A DNA stretch of 58,908 nt, taken from the NCBI GenBank assembly GCA_049281435.1, contig JBAPSB010000371.1, forward strand, positions 1 to 58,908. Reading direction: 5' to 3'. Source of the stretch: Desulfobacterales bacterium (lineage in GTDB: Bacteria; Desulfobacterota; Desulfobacteria; Desulfobacterales; SG8-13). A model generated the notes under the pieces. It worked only from the letters and a program-made list of their open reading frames with translations, ran no database searches and was not told where the DNA came from. The position numbers were made by a program, and so were the translations under genes. Below, piece by piece: positions 22,204 through 32,337 of this stretch. Position 1 is the stretch's first letter, and each line of letters opens with the position of its first letter.

Positions 22204-24690
22204 ATGAACGATTTCAATCCGATCCACTATCATCTATCCCTCACGCCCGATCTGACCGGGTTCAAATTCACGGCCCACGTCGAGATCACCGGTGAGTTTG
22301 CAGAAGCGCGGGAAGAGGTGATCCTGAATATTTTAGAACTGGCCGTCTGGCGCTGCATGCTGCGCAGCGACGGGCAGACCGCTGTCTGCCCCTTCAGCGT
22401 CGAGCCAGGTAAAGAGGAATTGCGCATCCGGCTGCCGCGCGCGATGGCCGGAAAACTGACCGTGATTGTCGAGTACGAAGGCCAGATCAACGATCGCATG
22501 GCGGGCTTTTATCGCAGCCGGTATCAAAAAGACGCTCAGACGTGCTATATTGCCGTGACGCAATTCGAGGAAAGTGACGCCCGGCGGGCGCTGCCCTGCA
22601 TCGACCATCCCCTGAAGAAAGCGACGTTCACGGTCGAGATGGTCATCGACAGCACCCTTTGCGCCATCTCCAACACGCTGGTCGACACCGAAGAGGCGCT
22701 TGAGGACGGGAAAAAGCGGGTCCTCTTTCAAAAGACGCCCATAATGTCGACCTACCTCTTGTTCTTCGGCGTCGGGTATTTCGACTCCGTGGTGAATTCA
22801 AAAGATCCGCGGGTGCGGGTCGCCACCACCCCGGGCATGACGCCCTATGCCGGCTACGGTCTCGAATTCGGCCGCCAGGCCCTGGCCTACTGTGAAGACT
22901 ACTACCGGATCGCCTACCCGTTGACGAAGTTGGACCTGATCGCCATTCCGGATTTCGCTTTCGGCGCCATGGAAAACTGGGGGGCGATCACGTTCCGCGA
23001 AAATCTCCTGCTGCACTATCCGGACATGACCTCGCGGGCGGGCGAAGAGCGGATTTGCGAAGTGATCGCCCACGAAATTGCCCACCAGTGGTTCGGGAAC
23101 CTCGTCACCCCCTCGGACTGGCGCTATTTGTGGCTCAACGAGAGTTTCGCCACTTTTTTCGGCTTCGGGGTGGTCGACCATTACCATCCGGAGTGGGGCA
23201 TCTGGGAGCAGTTTATCGGCAGTCAGACCGAGGGCGCGCTGGTGCGCGACGGGCTGCACGAGACCTTCGCGATCGAAATTCCGGGCGGCGAGCACATCGT
23301 GATCAACACCAGCACGGCGCCGATCATTTACAGCAAGGGCGGCAGCATCCTGCGCCAGGTCCTGGGCTTTATCGGCCCGGAGTTGTTCCGCGACGGTCTG
23401 CACCGGTACCTGAAGACGCACGCCTACGGCAACGCCGCCAGCCAGCAGCTGTGGGAGGCCTTCGAATCCACGTCCGAAAAGCCGGTAACCCGGATGATGA
23501 AAAGCTGGATCGAACAGCCCGGGTATCCGCTGGTCAGCGTCGAGCGCCGGGACGGGCAGCTTCACCTGCAGCAGCAGCGGTTCACCTACCTGCCCAACAC
23601 CTCCGGGCAGCTCTGGGAGGTGCCGATCACCGTGCGGCTGATGGATGGCAGCGGGGGGCAGCACGTCATACGGCAGCTCATGGCCGGGGAATCCGCGGTG
23701 ATCGAGCTGCCGGCCGACACGACGGCGTATAAAATAAACGTCGATCAAACCGGGTTCTACCGGGTGCGGTACGTGAATTCCGAGGACCTTGCAGCACTCG
23801 GGGAAAGGGTCCGTGACAAATCCTTGTCGACCGAAGACCGCTGGGGGGTGCAAAATGACCTGTATGCCCTGGTCAGATGCGGTGCGGCCGGGATCGACGC
23901 CTACCTCGATTTTATCGACTATTACCGGGATGAAGTGGCCTTTTTGCCCTTGAGCAGCCTGTCCGATCACCTGTTTCAGGCTGCCAGCGTTCTTTCCGGA
24001 ACAACCGCGGTGCGGCTGAAAGAAAGCGGCCGATCGCTGCTCGAAAGAGCGCTGGCCGCCATCGGACTGGCGCCGCAAGCCGGCGAACCTTTCACGGCTT
24101 CGTTGCTGCGGGATCAGATCATGCTGCCGGCCGCGGTCTTCGGCGCCGAGCAGGTTATCGAGTTCGCCGGGAAACAGTTCGCGCGGTTGACCTCCGGTGA
24201 GACCGTCCACCCGGACATCCTGAAGAGCACGCTTCAAATCGGCGCCCTGACCGGCGGCAAGCCGGTTCTTGCCTGGCTTCAGCACCGGTTTCGATCCACC
24301 ATCAGTGAACACGAACGGCTCAACATCCTGGCGGCCCTGGGCTGGTTCAGGGACGAAGCCGATATCGAGAGCGCCCTGCGGTTTGCCCTCGACGAGGTGC
24401 CCGACCGCAACAAGTTCATCCCGATCGTTGCGGCCACCGCCAACCCCTATGCCGTCGACCATCTCTGGGACTGGTATCTGACGCATCTAACTGAACTCGA
24501 AACCTTCCACCCCCTGCTCTACGAGAGAGTGATCGCCGCGATCGTGCCGACGGCCGGCATCGAGCGGCCCGAAAGCGTCGGCGCATTTTTCAAAAAATAC
24601 GTGGCCGACCATCCCCAGACCAAAGATGTGGTCCGGCTGGCGCTCGAGCATCTCGAAATCAACATAGCAATGCGCAGCCGATCCGTTTAA
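22204..24690 (+). CDS. M1-family zinc aminopeptidase
   Basis: GAMEN exopeptidase motif, zinc motif HEIAHQWFGN...WLNESFA, and GGAGG SD 4 nt before the ATG at 22204. Confidence 0.9.
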   Translation: MNDFNPIHYHLSLTPDLTGFKFTAHVEITGEFAEAREEVILNILELAVWRCMLRSDGQTAVCPFSVEPGKEELRIRLPRAMAGKLTVIVEYEGQINDRMAGFYRSRYQKDAQTCYIAVTQFEESDARRALPCIDHPLKKATFTVEMVIDSTLCAISNTLVDTEEALEDGKKRVLFQKTPIMSTYLLFFGVGYFDSVVNSKDPRVRVATTPGMTPYAGYGLEFGRQALAYCEDYYRIAYPLTKLDLIAIPDFAFGAMENWGAITFRENLLLHYPDMTSRAGEERICEVIAHEIAHQWFGNLVTPSDWRYLWLNESFATFFGFGVVDHYHPEWGIWEQFIGSQTEGALVRDGLHETFAIEIPGGEHIVINTSTAPIIYSKGGSILRQVLGFIGPELFRDGLHRYLKTHAYGNAASQQLWEAFESTSEKPVTRMMKSWIEQPGYPLVSVERRDGQLHLQQQRFTYLPNTSGQLWEVPITVRLMDGSGGQHVIRQLMAGESAVIELPADTTAYKINVDQTGFYRVRYVNSEDLAALGERVRDKSLSTEDRWGVQNDLYALVRCGAAGIDAYLDFIDYYRDEVAFLPLSSLSDHLFQAASVLSGTTAVRLKESGRSLLERALAAIGLAPQAGEPFTASLLRDQIMLPAAVFGAEQVIEFAGKQFARLTSGETVHPDILKSTLQIGALTGGKPVLAWLQHRFRSTISEHERLNILAALGWFRDEADIESALRFALDEVPDRNKFIPIVAATANPYAVDHLWDWYLTHLTELETFHPLLYERVIAAIVPTAGIERPESVGAFFKKYVADHPQTKDVVRLALEHLEINIAMRSRSV

Positions 24691-24857
24691 GCTTTCGAGC
24701 ATTCAGATTTTTTTCCCACACAGCGCCGGACAAGCTTCTTTGCGGTGCCACCAACGACACCAAGGTCCCCTTTTCAAGGTCATGATCCAAGAAGAACTGC
24801 TGAAGCTGGCGGCGGGATAAGCATGTCAAGTACGGCAGGCCAATTCTGGACGGAAAA

Positions 24858-25073
24858 CTAACTGAGGCCGAACCCCATGGCGGCATACTCCCTAATTTTC
24901 GTCTTGGCTTCCGAAACCGTCTGACCCAGGCTCCAAGGCGTCATGAACCCTTCGAGCATCATCTTCCAACCATCGGGATCCTTGTAAATACTGGCCTCGG
25001 AGCATGAGACCCCGCAGCCTTCCTCTCCGATGACATCCATCAATTCCTGCAACAACTCTTCGCGTTCGCTCAT
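24858..25073 (-). CDS. Small acidic hypothetical protein (71 aa)
   Basis: Strong SD GAGGAGG 6 nt upstream of the ATG on the minus strand. It is divergent from the act operon. Only a weak resemblance to the UPF0150/HicB-type fold (GQTVSEAKTKIREY), which I do not assert. Confidence 0.5.
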   Translation of the reverse strand: MSEREELLQELMDVIGEEGCGVSCSEASIYKDPDGWKMMLEGFMTPWSLGQTVSEAKTKIREYAAMGFGLS

Positions 25074-25458
25074 TTCAGCCTCCTCGGTATCGTGTGCCGA
25101 TCGGCCGCCGGTTTCAACCCTGAAACCGCGGACCGGCGTTGTTGTTATCTATCTGACAAAATATCTAATCATCGAGGTATCGGGAGTCAATCGAAGGAAG
25201 GCGCCCCCCGCGAAGAGCATGCCGGGAGGCTGCCTTTAAGGTGAGAGGCCGGGTTATTGATGCCGCGGCGTCAACAGCCCTTGACACCTGAACTATTATT
25301 TATTACTCGAAGGAGACGTCCAACCCATGCCGCCCCTGACGGTGCCGAAGATCCGACCGGCCACACACCGGTTTGTCGGGGCTCGGGTGCCGGCCGATCG
25401 AAGCGGATGGCACCCCGTGCATCACCTCCGGCGTGAACATCGTGGAGAACACTGTCAC

Positions 25459-28413
25459 ATGAATCGACGCACCTTTCTGAAGCTTCTCGGTATGGGCAGC
25501 ATGTCGATCGCCGCCGGGTGTTCCCCCGATTACCAGGGCGGTCCCCATCCCCACAAAACCCTGTTTTCACTGGTACGGGCCCCCGACGACATGGTCGTCG
25601 GGGAACCCGCCTGGTATGCCTCGACGTGTCGCGAGTGTCCGGCCGGCTGCGGTGTCCTGGCCAAGAACCGCGAGGGCCGGGTGATCAAGATCGAGGGCAA
25701 CCCGCAGCACCCGATCAACCGGGGCCGGCTGTGCATGCGCGGCCAGGCGGCCCTGCAGGCTATCTACAATCCGGACCGCATCAAAACGCCGCTCTTAAAA
25801 GACGGCGACCGCTGGCGTCCCATCCCCGCCGCCGAGGCGTTCGACCGGCTGAAGCAAAAAGCCGATGCGGCCGCGGCGTCCGGAAAGAACCGGGTCCGGC
25901 TGATCACCGAGGTCGCGGGGGAGACCCTGCTGACCCTCTTCGGGGAATCCCTCGACCACTGGAATTCGGGCGGCCCCCTGGTTTTCGAGCCGTTTGCCTA
26001 CGAGTCGCTCAAACTCGCCAATGGGAGGGTTTTCGGCGTCACCGGGCTGCCGTCCTACCGCCTGGAGCAAGCCGATGTGCTCGTCTCCTTCGGCGCCGAT
26101 TTCCTCGAAACCTGGCTCTCGCCGGTCGAATACGCGCGCAAGTTCAAGGACATGCACGCCCTCAACGCCGGGCGCAAGGGCCGGTTCATTCACATCGGCC
26201 CCTACCGGTCGCTCACCGGCGCCAATGCCGACACCTGGCTCGCCTGCCGGCCCGGCAGCGAGGCGGTGGTTGCTCTGGCCCTGATCGCCGAGGTCATGGG
26301 CGGGAAGGCGGCCGAGGGTCAGCCTGCAAATTTGCGCCAGGGCCTGGCAAAGGCTTGCGGGGGGTACACCAGGGAAAAGGCCGCCGAGACCGCGGGAATT
26401 CCGGTCGAGCAGATCGAATCTGTCGCAGCGGCCTTGAAGCAGGCCGCCAAACCGCTGGTTCTCGGCACCGGAACGGCAGCCGGACCCGCGGCGCTGACAA
26501 CCGACCTTGCCGCCAACTACCTCAACCTGATTCTCGATCCCAATCTTTCACTGATCGATTTCGCGCAGCGCCACCGGGTGGAGATCGCCGCGTCGCGAGC
26601 GGAGGTCCGGGCGGTTTTTGACAGCCTCGGCCAGGGGGCGGCCGATGTCCTGCTGCTGAACAACGTCAATCCGGTTTACGCCATGGCCTCGTCGCCGGAG
26701 ATCGAAGCGGTGCTGACGCAGGAATCCCTTTTCGTGGTCTCCTTCAGCAATTTCATGGACGACACCTCGGCGCTGGCGGATCTCATCATACCGGCCGGCC
26801 TGCCGCTCGAGGTGTGGGACGAGTACGGCGGCAGGAAGGGCATCGCCGGCACCCTTCAGCCGGCCATGGGTGGCATGACCGCGGCGGTGAATATCGGGGA
26901 TATTTTTCTCGCGGCCGCCTTTGGGAAAATCCGCTCCGAAGAGACCTACAAAGCCTACCTGATGGCCAAAATGGTTTCCGGGGGTCTCATCCGCAGCGAA
27001 ACGCAGTGGCTCCAGGGCCTGCAAAGAGGCGGAATTTTCGAAGTTCCCGCCGCCGGTAAACTCGCCGGCGCCTTCAACTCTCCCGGGGCCGTCGCGCCGG
27101 AACTCGCCTCCGCACCGGCCGCTCCCGCACCACTCGGCTTGACCCTTGTCGCCGCCCCGTCCATCCGCTTTTTTGACGGCCGCGGCGCCAACCGGCCCTG
27201 GCTGTGTGAAGTGCCGGACCCGGTCACGCGCGTCGCCTGGCAGACCCCGCTGCTCGTCCATGCCGATGTCCTCAAGTCCCGGGGGCTCGTCCAGGGGGAT
27301 CTGGTGCAGATCGAAAGCAGCCGGGGCGCGGTGGTGGCGCCGGTCTACGAATCCCCGTGGCTTAGGCCGGATGTCATGGTCATGAGCATCGGCCAGGGGC
27401 ATGCGGCATACGGTCGGTATGCGGCCGGAAAAGGCGCCAATCCCTTGCGGCTGATGCCGGTCGAAACGGTTTCGGCGACCGGCGGTCCGCACTATACGGC
27501 GGCGGGAGTCGAGCTGAAAAAGGCCGGGCGCAGCGTGGCGTTGGCCCACACCGACGGCAGCCGCGACCAGCACGGCCGCAAGATCGCCCTGACGGTGCCC
27601 TTCGGCGCGCTCGACGAGCTGAAGAAAGCCCGCAAGGCCGGCTTGGCCATGTGGGACTTTCCCCTGACCCTGCCGCTGCCCGAGGGCTACGATCCCAAGC
27701 GCGATTTCTACCCGCCGATCCACTACGAGGCCTACCGCTGGTCGATGGTGGTCGATCTTGACCGCTGCATCGGGTGCGGCGCCTGCGCCGCCGCCTGCTA
27801 CGCGGAGAACAACATCGGCATCGTCTTCGAGGAGCGGATCGCCGCCGGACGTGAAATGGCCTGGCTCACCGTCGTGCGCTACGAGGAGCAGGAGCGTCCC
27901 GGGCAGATCATGTTTCTGCCGCTCATGTGCCAGCACTGCGACAACGCCCCCTGCGAATCGGTCTGCCCGGTTTACGCGCCGCATCACAACAAGGAGGGCA
28001 TGAACAACCAGATCTACAACCGCTGCATCGGCACCCGCTTCTGCTCCCAGAACTGCCCCTACAAGGTCCGCCGCTTCAACTGGTTCACCTGGGAATGGCC
28101 CGCGCCGCTCGAACAGCAGCTCAACCCGAACGTGACCGTGCGGACCAAGGGTGTGATGGAAAAGTGTTCCTTCTGCGTGCAGCGCATCAAAGAGGCTCAC
28201 GGCTGGGCCAAGAACGAAAACCGTCCGATTCGCGACGGTGAAGTGATGCCGGCCTGTGTTCAGACCTGCCCGACCGGAGCCCTGACGTTCGGAAATCTGA
28301 TGGATCCCGACAGCCGGGTACGCCGCCTGGCGGATGACCCGCGGGCCTACCAGATCATGGGCTACCTGAACACCAAGCCGGCGGTGATCTATTTGAAGAA
28401 GGTGACGGTTTAG
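25459..28413 (+). CDS. actB: Alternative Complex III subunit ActB (molybdopterin-like domain fused to a 4Fe-4S domain)
   Basis: Tat signal MNRRTFLKLLG at the chosen start with GGAGAA SD. Molybdopterin-oxidoreductase-like N-half with CRECPAGCG. Ferredoxin C-half with CIGCGACAAAC, CQHCDNAPC, CIGTRFCSQNCP and CVQTCP. Confidence 0.9.
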   Translation: MNRRTFLKLLGMGSMSIAAGCSPDYQGGPHPHKTLFSLVRAPDDMVVGEPAWYASTCRECPAGCGVLAKNREGRVIKIEGNPQHPINRGRLCMRGQAALQAIYNPDRIKTPLLKDGDRWRPIPAAEAFDRLKQKADAAAASGKNRVRLITEVAGETLLTLFGESLDHWNSGGPLVFEPFAYESLKLANGRVFGVTGLPSYRLEQADVLVSFGADFLETWLSPVEYARKFKDMHALNAGRKGRFIHIGPYRSLTGANADTWLACRPGSEAVVALALIAEVMGGKAAEGQPANLRQGLAKACGGYTREKAAETAGIPVEQIESVAAALKQAAKPLVLGTGTAAGPAALTTDLAANYLNLILDPNLSLIDFAQRHRVEIAASRAEVRAVFDSLGQGAADVLLLNNVNPVYAMASSPEIEAVLTQESLFVVSFSNFMDDTSALADLIIPAGLPLEVWDEYGGRKGIAGTLQPAMGGMTAAVNIGDIFLAAAFGKIRSEETYKAYLMAKMVSGGLIRSETQWLQGLQRGGIFEVPAAGKLAGAFNSPGAVAPELASAPAAPAPLGLTLVAAPSIRFFDGRGANRPWLCEVPDPVTRVAWQTPLLVHADVLKSRGLVQGDLVQIESSRGAVVAPVYESPWLRPDVMVMSIGQGHAAYGRYAAGKGANPLRLMPVETVSATGGPHYTAAGVELKKAGRSVALAHTDGSRDQHGRKIALTVPFGALDELKKARKAGLAMWDFPLTLPLPEGYDPKRDFYPPIHYEAYRWSMVVDLDRCIGCGACAAACYAENNIGIVFEERIAAGREMAWLTVVRYEEQERPGQIMFLPLMCQHCDNAPCESVCPVYAPHHNKEGMNNQIYNRCIGTRFCSQNCPYKVRRFNWFTWEWPAPLEQQLNPNVTVRTKGVMEKCSFCVQRIKEAHGWAKNENRPIRDGEVMPACVQTCPTGALTFGNLMDPDSRVRRLADDPRAYQIMGYLNTKPAVIYLKKVTV

Positions 28414-28703
28414 TCCGTTGTGCCGGTTTGCCGGTTAACCGGTTGAAAAATGGACATTTGATTTGGTGGACTATCGGTTAAACGGGTTCAATCCCGCTAC
28501 AGCGGGATTATAGGTTTTAAGATAAAGATTTTGGCTGCGTTATCGGTCGTTGGTGTATGACACTACAGCCGCCTCCCTCCGGCCTTGCCAAAACCTTCAT
28601 CTTAAAGCCTATAACCGGCCAACGGACAAACCGGCAAACGGGTTAACGGGTAAACCGGCTAACGGGCCAACGGCCTAACCGGCTCAACCAACTGGACAAC
28701 ACC
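28414..28703. repeat. Composite nested-palindrome intergenic block inside the act operon
   Basis: It contains four parts. A G/T-rich array (28414..28445). A short REP hairpin AATCCCGC-TACA-GCGGGATT (28490..28509). A family-3 hairpin (28510..28612). The complementary AAC-periodic array (28613..28703). Confidence 0.85.
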
Positions 28704-30020
28704 ATGACCGAGCTGACCTTTGACAAAATCGACCGGACGGTTCTGGACACCTTGACGCCGGCCCGGCGCAGTTACTGGCTGGCCGTCGGGCTATTGTTTC
28801 TGGGAGTTATGCTCGGGGCGGCCTGCTGGACCTACCAGATATTCACCGGTATCGGCGTCGGCGGGCAGAACATTCCCGTGGCCTGGGGGACTTACCTGAT
28901 AAATTTCGTGTTCTGGGTCGGTATCGCCCACTCCGGGACCCTGATTTCGGCCATTTTACACCTGTTTCGCGCCGGCTGGCGCAATCCGATCGCGCGGGCG
29001 GCCGAAACCATGACCGTTTTCGCGGTGTGCACGGCCGGGCTTTTCCCCTTCATCCACCTCGGCCGTGTCTGGCTGGTCTATTACATGCTGCCGATTCCGA
29101 CCCAAAGGACCCTGTGGCCCAACTTCACCTCCCCGCTGGTGTTCGACGTGGTGGCGATCAGCACCTACCTGACGGTCAGCTCGCTGTTCTGGTACACCGG
29201 TCTGCTGCCGGACATCGCCCGTGTCAGGGACTCCGCGGTCGGGGTCCGCAAAAAGGTGTTTACCTGGCTGTCGATGGGCTGGACCGGTGCGCACGAGCAG
29301 TGGCGCCATTACGCCCGGATTTATCTTTTCTTTGCGGCCCTGGCCACGCCGCTGGTCATCTCGGTTCACAGCGTGGTGTCCTGGGACTTCGCCCTGGGCG
29401 TCGTCCCGGGATGGCACACGACCATATTCGCCCCCTACTTCGTGGCCGGCGCCATCCATTCGGGCCTGGCCATGGTGCTGACCCTGATGATCCCGCTGCG
29501 CAAGATCTTCCACTACGAGCAGATCATCACGATGCACGTGCTGGAAAGCGTGGCCAAGACGATCATCTTTACCGGCCTGATTGTCGGTTTCGCCTACGGC
29601 ACCGAATTTTTCATCGCCTGGTACAGCCACAACAGCGTCGAAGAGGCCATTTTCCTGTACCGCATTTTCGGCCATTACGCCTACGGCTTCTTCATCATGC
29701 TGGTCTGCAACACGACGGTTCCGCTCCTGTTTTTCTTCAAACGCATCCGCACCTCGATCCCGTGGCTGTTCGGGATATCGATCCTGATCAACATCGGCAT
29801 GTGGTACGAGCGCTTCGTGATCATCGTCACCAGCGTCGCGCACGATTTTCTGCCCAACTCGTGGGGCCTCTACCAGCCGACGCTGATCGAGATGGGCATT
29901 CAACTGGGGGCCTTCTGCCTGTTTTTCTTTTTCTTCGTGCTGTTCGTCAAACATATGCCGTCGGTGTCGATGACCGAGATGAAGGAAACCGTTGCCCAAG
30001 GAGAAGGCCATGGCCACTGA
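28704..30020 (+). CDS. actC: Alternative Complex III subunit ActC (NrfD/PsrC-like quinol-interacting membrane subunit)
   Basis: 438-aa polytopic protein with an NrfD-like pattern (WGTYLINFVFWVGIAHSGTLISAI). Its position after actB fits. Confidence 0.9.
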   Translation: MTELTFDKIDRTVLDTLTPARRSYWLAVGLLFLGVMLGAACWTYQIFTGIGVGGQNIPVAWGTYLINFVFWVGIAHSGTLISAILHLFRAGWRNPIARAAETMTVFAVCTAGLFPFIHLGRVWLVYYMLPIPTQRTLWPNFTSPLVFDVVAISTYLTVSSLFWYTGLLPDIARVRDSAVGVRKKVFTWLSMGWTGAHEQWRHYARIYLFFAALATPLVISVHSVVSWDFALGVVPGWHTTIFAPYFVAGAIHSGLAMVLTLMIPLRKIFHYEQIITMHVLESVAKTIIFTGLIVGFAYGTEFFIAWYSHNSVEEAIFLYRIFGHYAYGFFIMLVCNTTVPLLFFFKRIRTSIPWLFGISILINIGMWYERFVIIVTSVAHDFLPNSWGLYQPTLIEMGIQLGAFCLFFFFFVLFVKHMPSVSMTEMKETVAQGEGHGH

Positions 30021-30540
30021 TGCTTACGTCATGGGTGTTTTCAAGTCCGAGGACCAGGCGGTGGCCGCCGTGCACGATCTGAAGAAATCGGCCTGGCAGC
30101 TGATCCGGGCCCACAGCCCCATCCCGAGCCATAAACTCGCCGCGGCGCTGCAGGTGAAGAAAAGCAAAGTGGGCTGGTACACCCTGTGCGGTGGCATCAT
30201 CGGGTTTTTCAGCGGCTACAGCCTGGCCATCTGGACGGCCGAACGCTGGGACCTGATCGTGAGCGGCAAACCGGTCGTGGCCCTGATCCCGTTTGTTATC
30301 GTCGGCTTCGAATTCACGATTCTGTTTGCCATCATCGGCAACCTGATCGGTTTTCTGCACCAGTCCAAACTGCCGCGGCTGGCCAACCTGGAGCACTACG
30401 ACCCGCGCTGCTCCGGTGAACATTTCGGCGTCCTGGCCGCCTGTGTCCCCGACCAGCAGGACGGCCTGAAGGACCTGTTTCGAAAAAACGGCGGAGACAT
30501 TACGGTTTTCGATGACCAAACCGCAACCAACGGACGATAG
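30010..30540 (+). CDS. actD: Alternative Complex III subunit ActD (DUF3341-type)
   Basis: Soluble N-domain (VMGVFKSEDQAVAAVHDLK) then two TM helices, as in ActD. AAGGAGAAGG SD precedes the ATG at 30010. It overlaps the actC end. Confidence 0.8.
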   Translation: MATDAYVMGVFKSEDQAVAAVHDLKKSAWQLIRAHSPIPSHKLAAALQVKKSKVGWYTLCGGIIGFFSGYSLAIWTAERWDLIVSGKPVVALIPFVIVGFEFTILFAIIGNLIGFLHQSKLPRLANLEHYDPRCSGEHFGVLAACVPDQQDGLKDLFRKNGGDITVFDDQTATNGR

Positions 30541-31744
30541 CCGGACTGCCATGGAAAAGAAAACCCCCTTCCACCTGATTTTCGCAGCGCTGATCGTCGT
30601 CGGCCTCGGCGCGTTTATCTATGGCGTCATGGGCCGTGACCCCGCGCGGGCCTGGCAGGCCTACCTGATCAATTTTCTGCTGTGGTCGGCGATCGCGCAG
30701 GGCGGGTTGCTGTTCTCGACCATCATGACCACGACCCGCGCCAAGTGGAGCGGCCCCCTGTCCGGGCTTGCGGAGGCCTTTGCCGGATTTTTCCCGGTAT
30801 CCTTCGTCCTGTTTCTACTCCTTTTCTTCGGCGCGCCGCACGTTTTTCCCTGGCTCCACAGTCACGAGCTGCACGGCAAGGAAGTTTGGCTCAACCTGCC
30901 CTTCCTGTTTGCCCGCGACGGCATCGGGCTGTTGATCCTCTACGGGCTGGGGTTTGCCTACCTGTACTACTCGCTGCTGCTCAAGGCGGGTCCCGAGGCT
31001 TCCGCCGGTGCCGTCCGGGCCCTCTTCAACCGCCTGCACGGCGGCCGGCAGCGCGACCTCGAGCACATCCGGCAACGCAAGGGACAGTTCAGCGTCCTTT
31101 ACATGCTGGCCTTTGCGCTGGTGCTCTCGCTGATCGGATACGACCTGGTGATGAGCAGCGATCCGCACTGGGTCTCCACTCTTTTCGGTGCCTATACCTT
31201 CGTCAAGGCCATTTACGTCGGGCTGGGCGGCCTGATCATCATGGCCGCGGTCATGCACCTCTACCCCGGAAACGATTTCCGCCTGGCCGACGCGCATTTC
31301 CACGACGTGGGCAAACTCTTCCTCGCTTTCTGCCTGGTGTGGGCCGACTTCTTCTACGTTCAGCTGGTGGTGATCTGGTACGGCAACATCCCCGAGGAAA
31401 CCGCCTATGTCATCGAACGCACCATGGCGGTGCCCTGGCGCTACCTGGCCTGGTCCATTTTCGCCGTCTGTTTCGTCCTGCCGTTTTTTATTTTGATCAA
31501 CAAGAAGGTCAAGACCATGCCCAAGTTCATGATCCTGCTGTGCGCGAGCATCATTGCCGGCATCTGGTTCGAACACCTGCTGCTGCTGGGGCCGGCCTTT
31601 CATCCGACGGCGCACAGCCTGCCGTTCGCCTTCAGCGACCTTCTGATCAGCCTCGGCTTCATGGGGTTGATGCTGGCGGCGGTCAGGTTCTCCTTCCGGC
31701 AGTTTCCGGAACTGGCGGGGATCCACACGGGCGAGGTGCGTTGA
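30512..31744 (+). CDS. actF: Alternative Complex III subunit ActF (second NrfD-like membrane subunit)
   Basis: ~410-aa polytopic protein following actD. The start could instead be the ATG at 30551. Confidence 0.8.
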   Translation: MTKPQPTDDSRTAMEKKTPFHLIFAALIVVGLGAFIYGVMGRDPARAWQAYLINFLLWSAIAQGGLLFSTIMTTTRAKWSGPLSGLAEAFAGFFPVSFVLFLLLFFGAPHVFPWLHSHELHGKEVWLNLPFLFARDGIGLLILYGLGFAYLYYSLLLKAGPEASAGAVRALFNRLHGGRQRDLEHIRQRKGQFSVLYMLAFALVLSLIGYDLVMSSDPHWVSTLFGAYTFVKAIYVGLGGLIIMAAVMHLYPGNDFRLADAHFHDVGKLFLAFCLVWADFFYVQLVVIWYGNIPEETAYVIERTMAVPWRYLAWSIFAVCFVLPFFILINKKVKTMPKFMILLCASIIAGIWFEHLLLLGPAFHPTAHSLPFAFSDLLISLGFMGLMLAAVRFSFRQFPELAGIHTGEVR

Positions 31745-32337
31745 TGGATATTCTTTTCACGTTGACCATTCTGACGATTTTAACGCTCGTTGCGCTGTTC
31801 CTCTTGTACAGATACCGGAACTTTTTGACCCGCAACCTGAAACTGTTGTCGCTTTCCATTCTCAGTGCCGTGCTGGTGGCAGGTTTTCTGTACACTTTTT
31901 ACAATTCGCCGGCGACCGACATCGGGGTCGAGCAGCCGATACCCTTCAGCCACCGGATCCACGTCAACGTCAAAAATATCCAGTGCCAGTTCTGCCACCC
32001 ATACGTGGGCCGGTCGATCAACCCGGGGCTGCCGCCGGTGGAAAAGTGCCTCTACTGTCACAACTACATCATCGCCAATTTTCCGCCGATTCTAAAAGAG
32101 CACCAGTACTACAACAGCGACACGCCCACACCCTGGAAAAAGGCGAACTACCTGGCCGAACACGTGCTGTTCAACCACCAGCGGCACATCCGTAAAGAGA
32201 TTGCCTGCCAGCAATGTCACGGCGAGATACAGAACATGGACCGGATAAAGGGCAAGGTCTTTTTCATGGCCTTCTGCATCAAGTGTCACCGCGAACGCAA
32301 GGCCAACATCGATTGCTGGCTGGCCTGCCACAGCTGA
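31744..32337 (+). CDS. actA: Membrane-anchored multihaem cytochrome c, ActA-like
   Basis: N-terminal hydrophobic anchor. Haem motifs CQFCH, CLYCH, CQQCH and CIKCH, plus a terminal CWLACH (CxxxCH). The ATG shares its A with the actF TGA. Confidence 0.85.
   Translation: MDILFTLTILTILTLVALFLLYRYRNFLTRNLKLLSLSILSAVLVAGFLYTFYNSPATDIGVEQPIPFSHRIHVNVKNIQCQFCHPYVGRSINPGLPPVEKCLYCHNYIIANFPPILKEHQYYNSDTPTPWKKANYLAEHVLFNHQRHIRKEIACQQCHGEIQNMDRIKGKVFFMAFCIKCHRERKANIDCWLACHS

Noticed and set aside
25327-25458. 44-codon N-terminal extension of actB, with AGGAGA upstream of the ATG at 25327
   Set aside because: A Tat signal (MNRRTFLKLLG) must be N-terminal, and the ATG at 25459 has its own GGAGAA SD. The extension is His/Arg-rich and unlike a signal peptide. 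A small upstream leader ORF cannot be excluded.
28613-28703. Short-period arrays considered as a possible CRISPR or tandem-repeat locus. The same applies to 34776..34830, 34986..35087 and 43437..43508.
   Set aside because: The period is only ~8 nt, with degenerate units and no repeat-spacer architecture. No cas genes are present. I reported them as AAC-periodic leader arrays instead.
30682-31743. Upstream 354 codons of the 551-aa ORF 30682..32337
   Set aside because: This part is an out-of-frame overlap with actF and is Arg/Pro/Ala-rich. Only the segment from the ATG at 31744 (hydrophobic anchor plus haem motifs) looks like a real protein.
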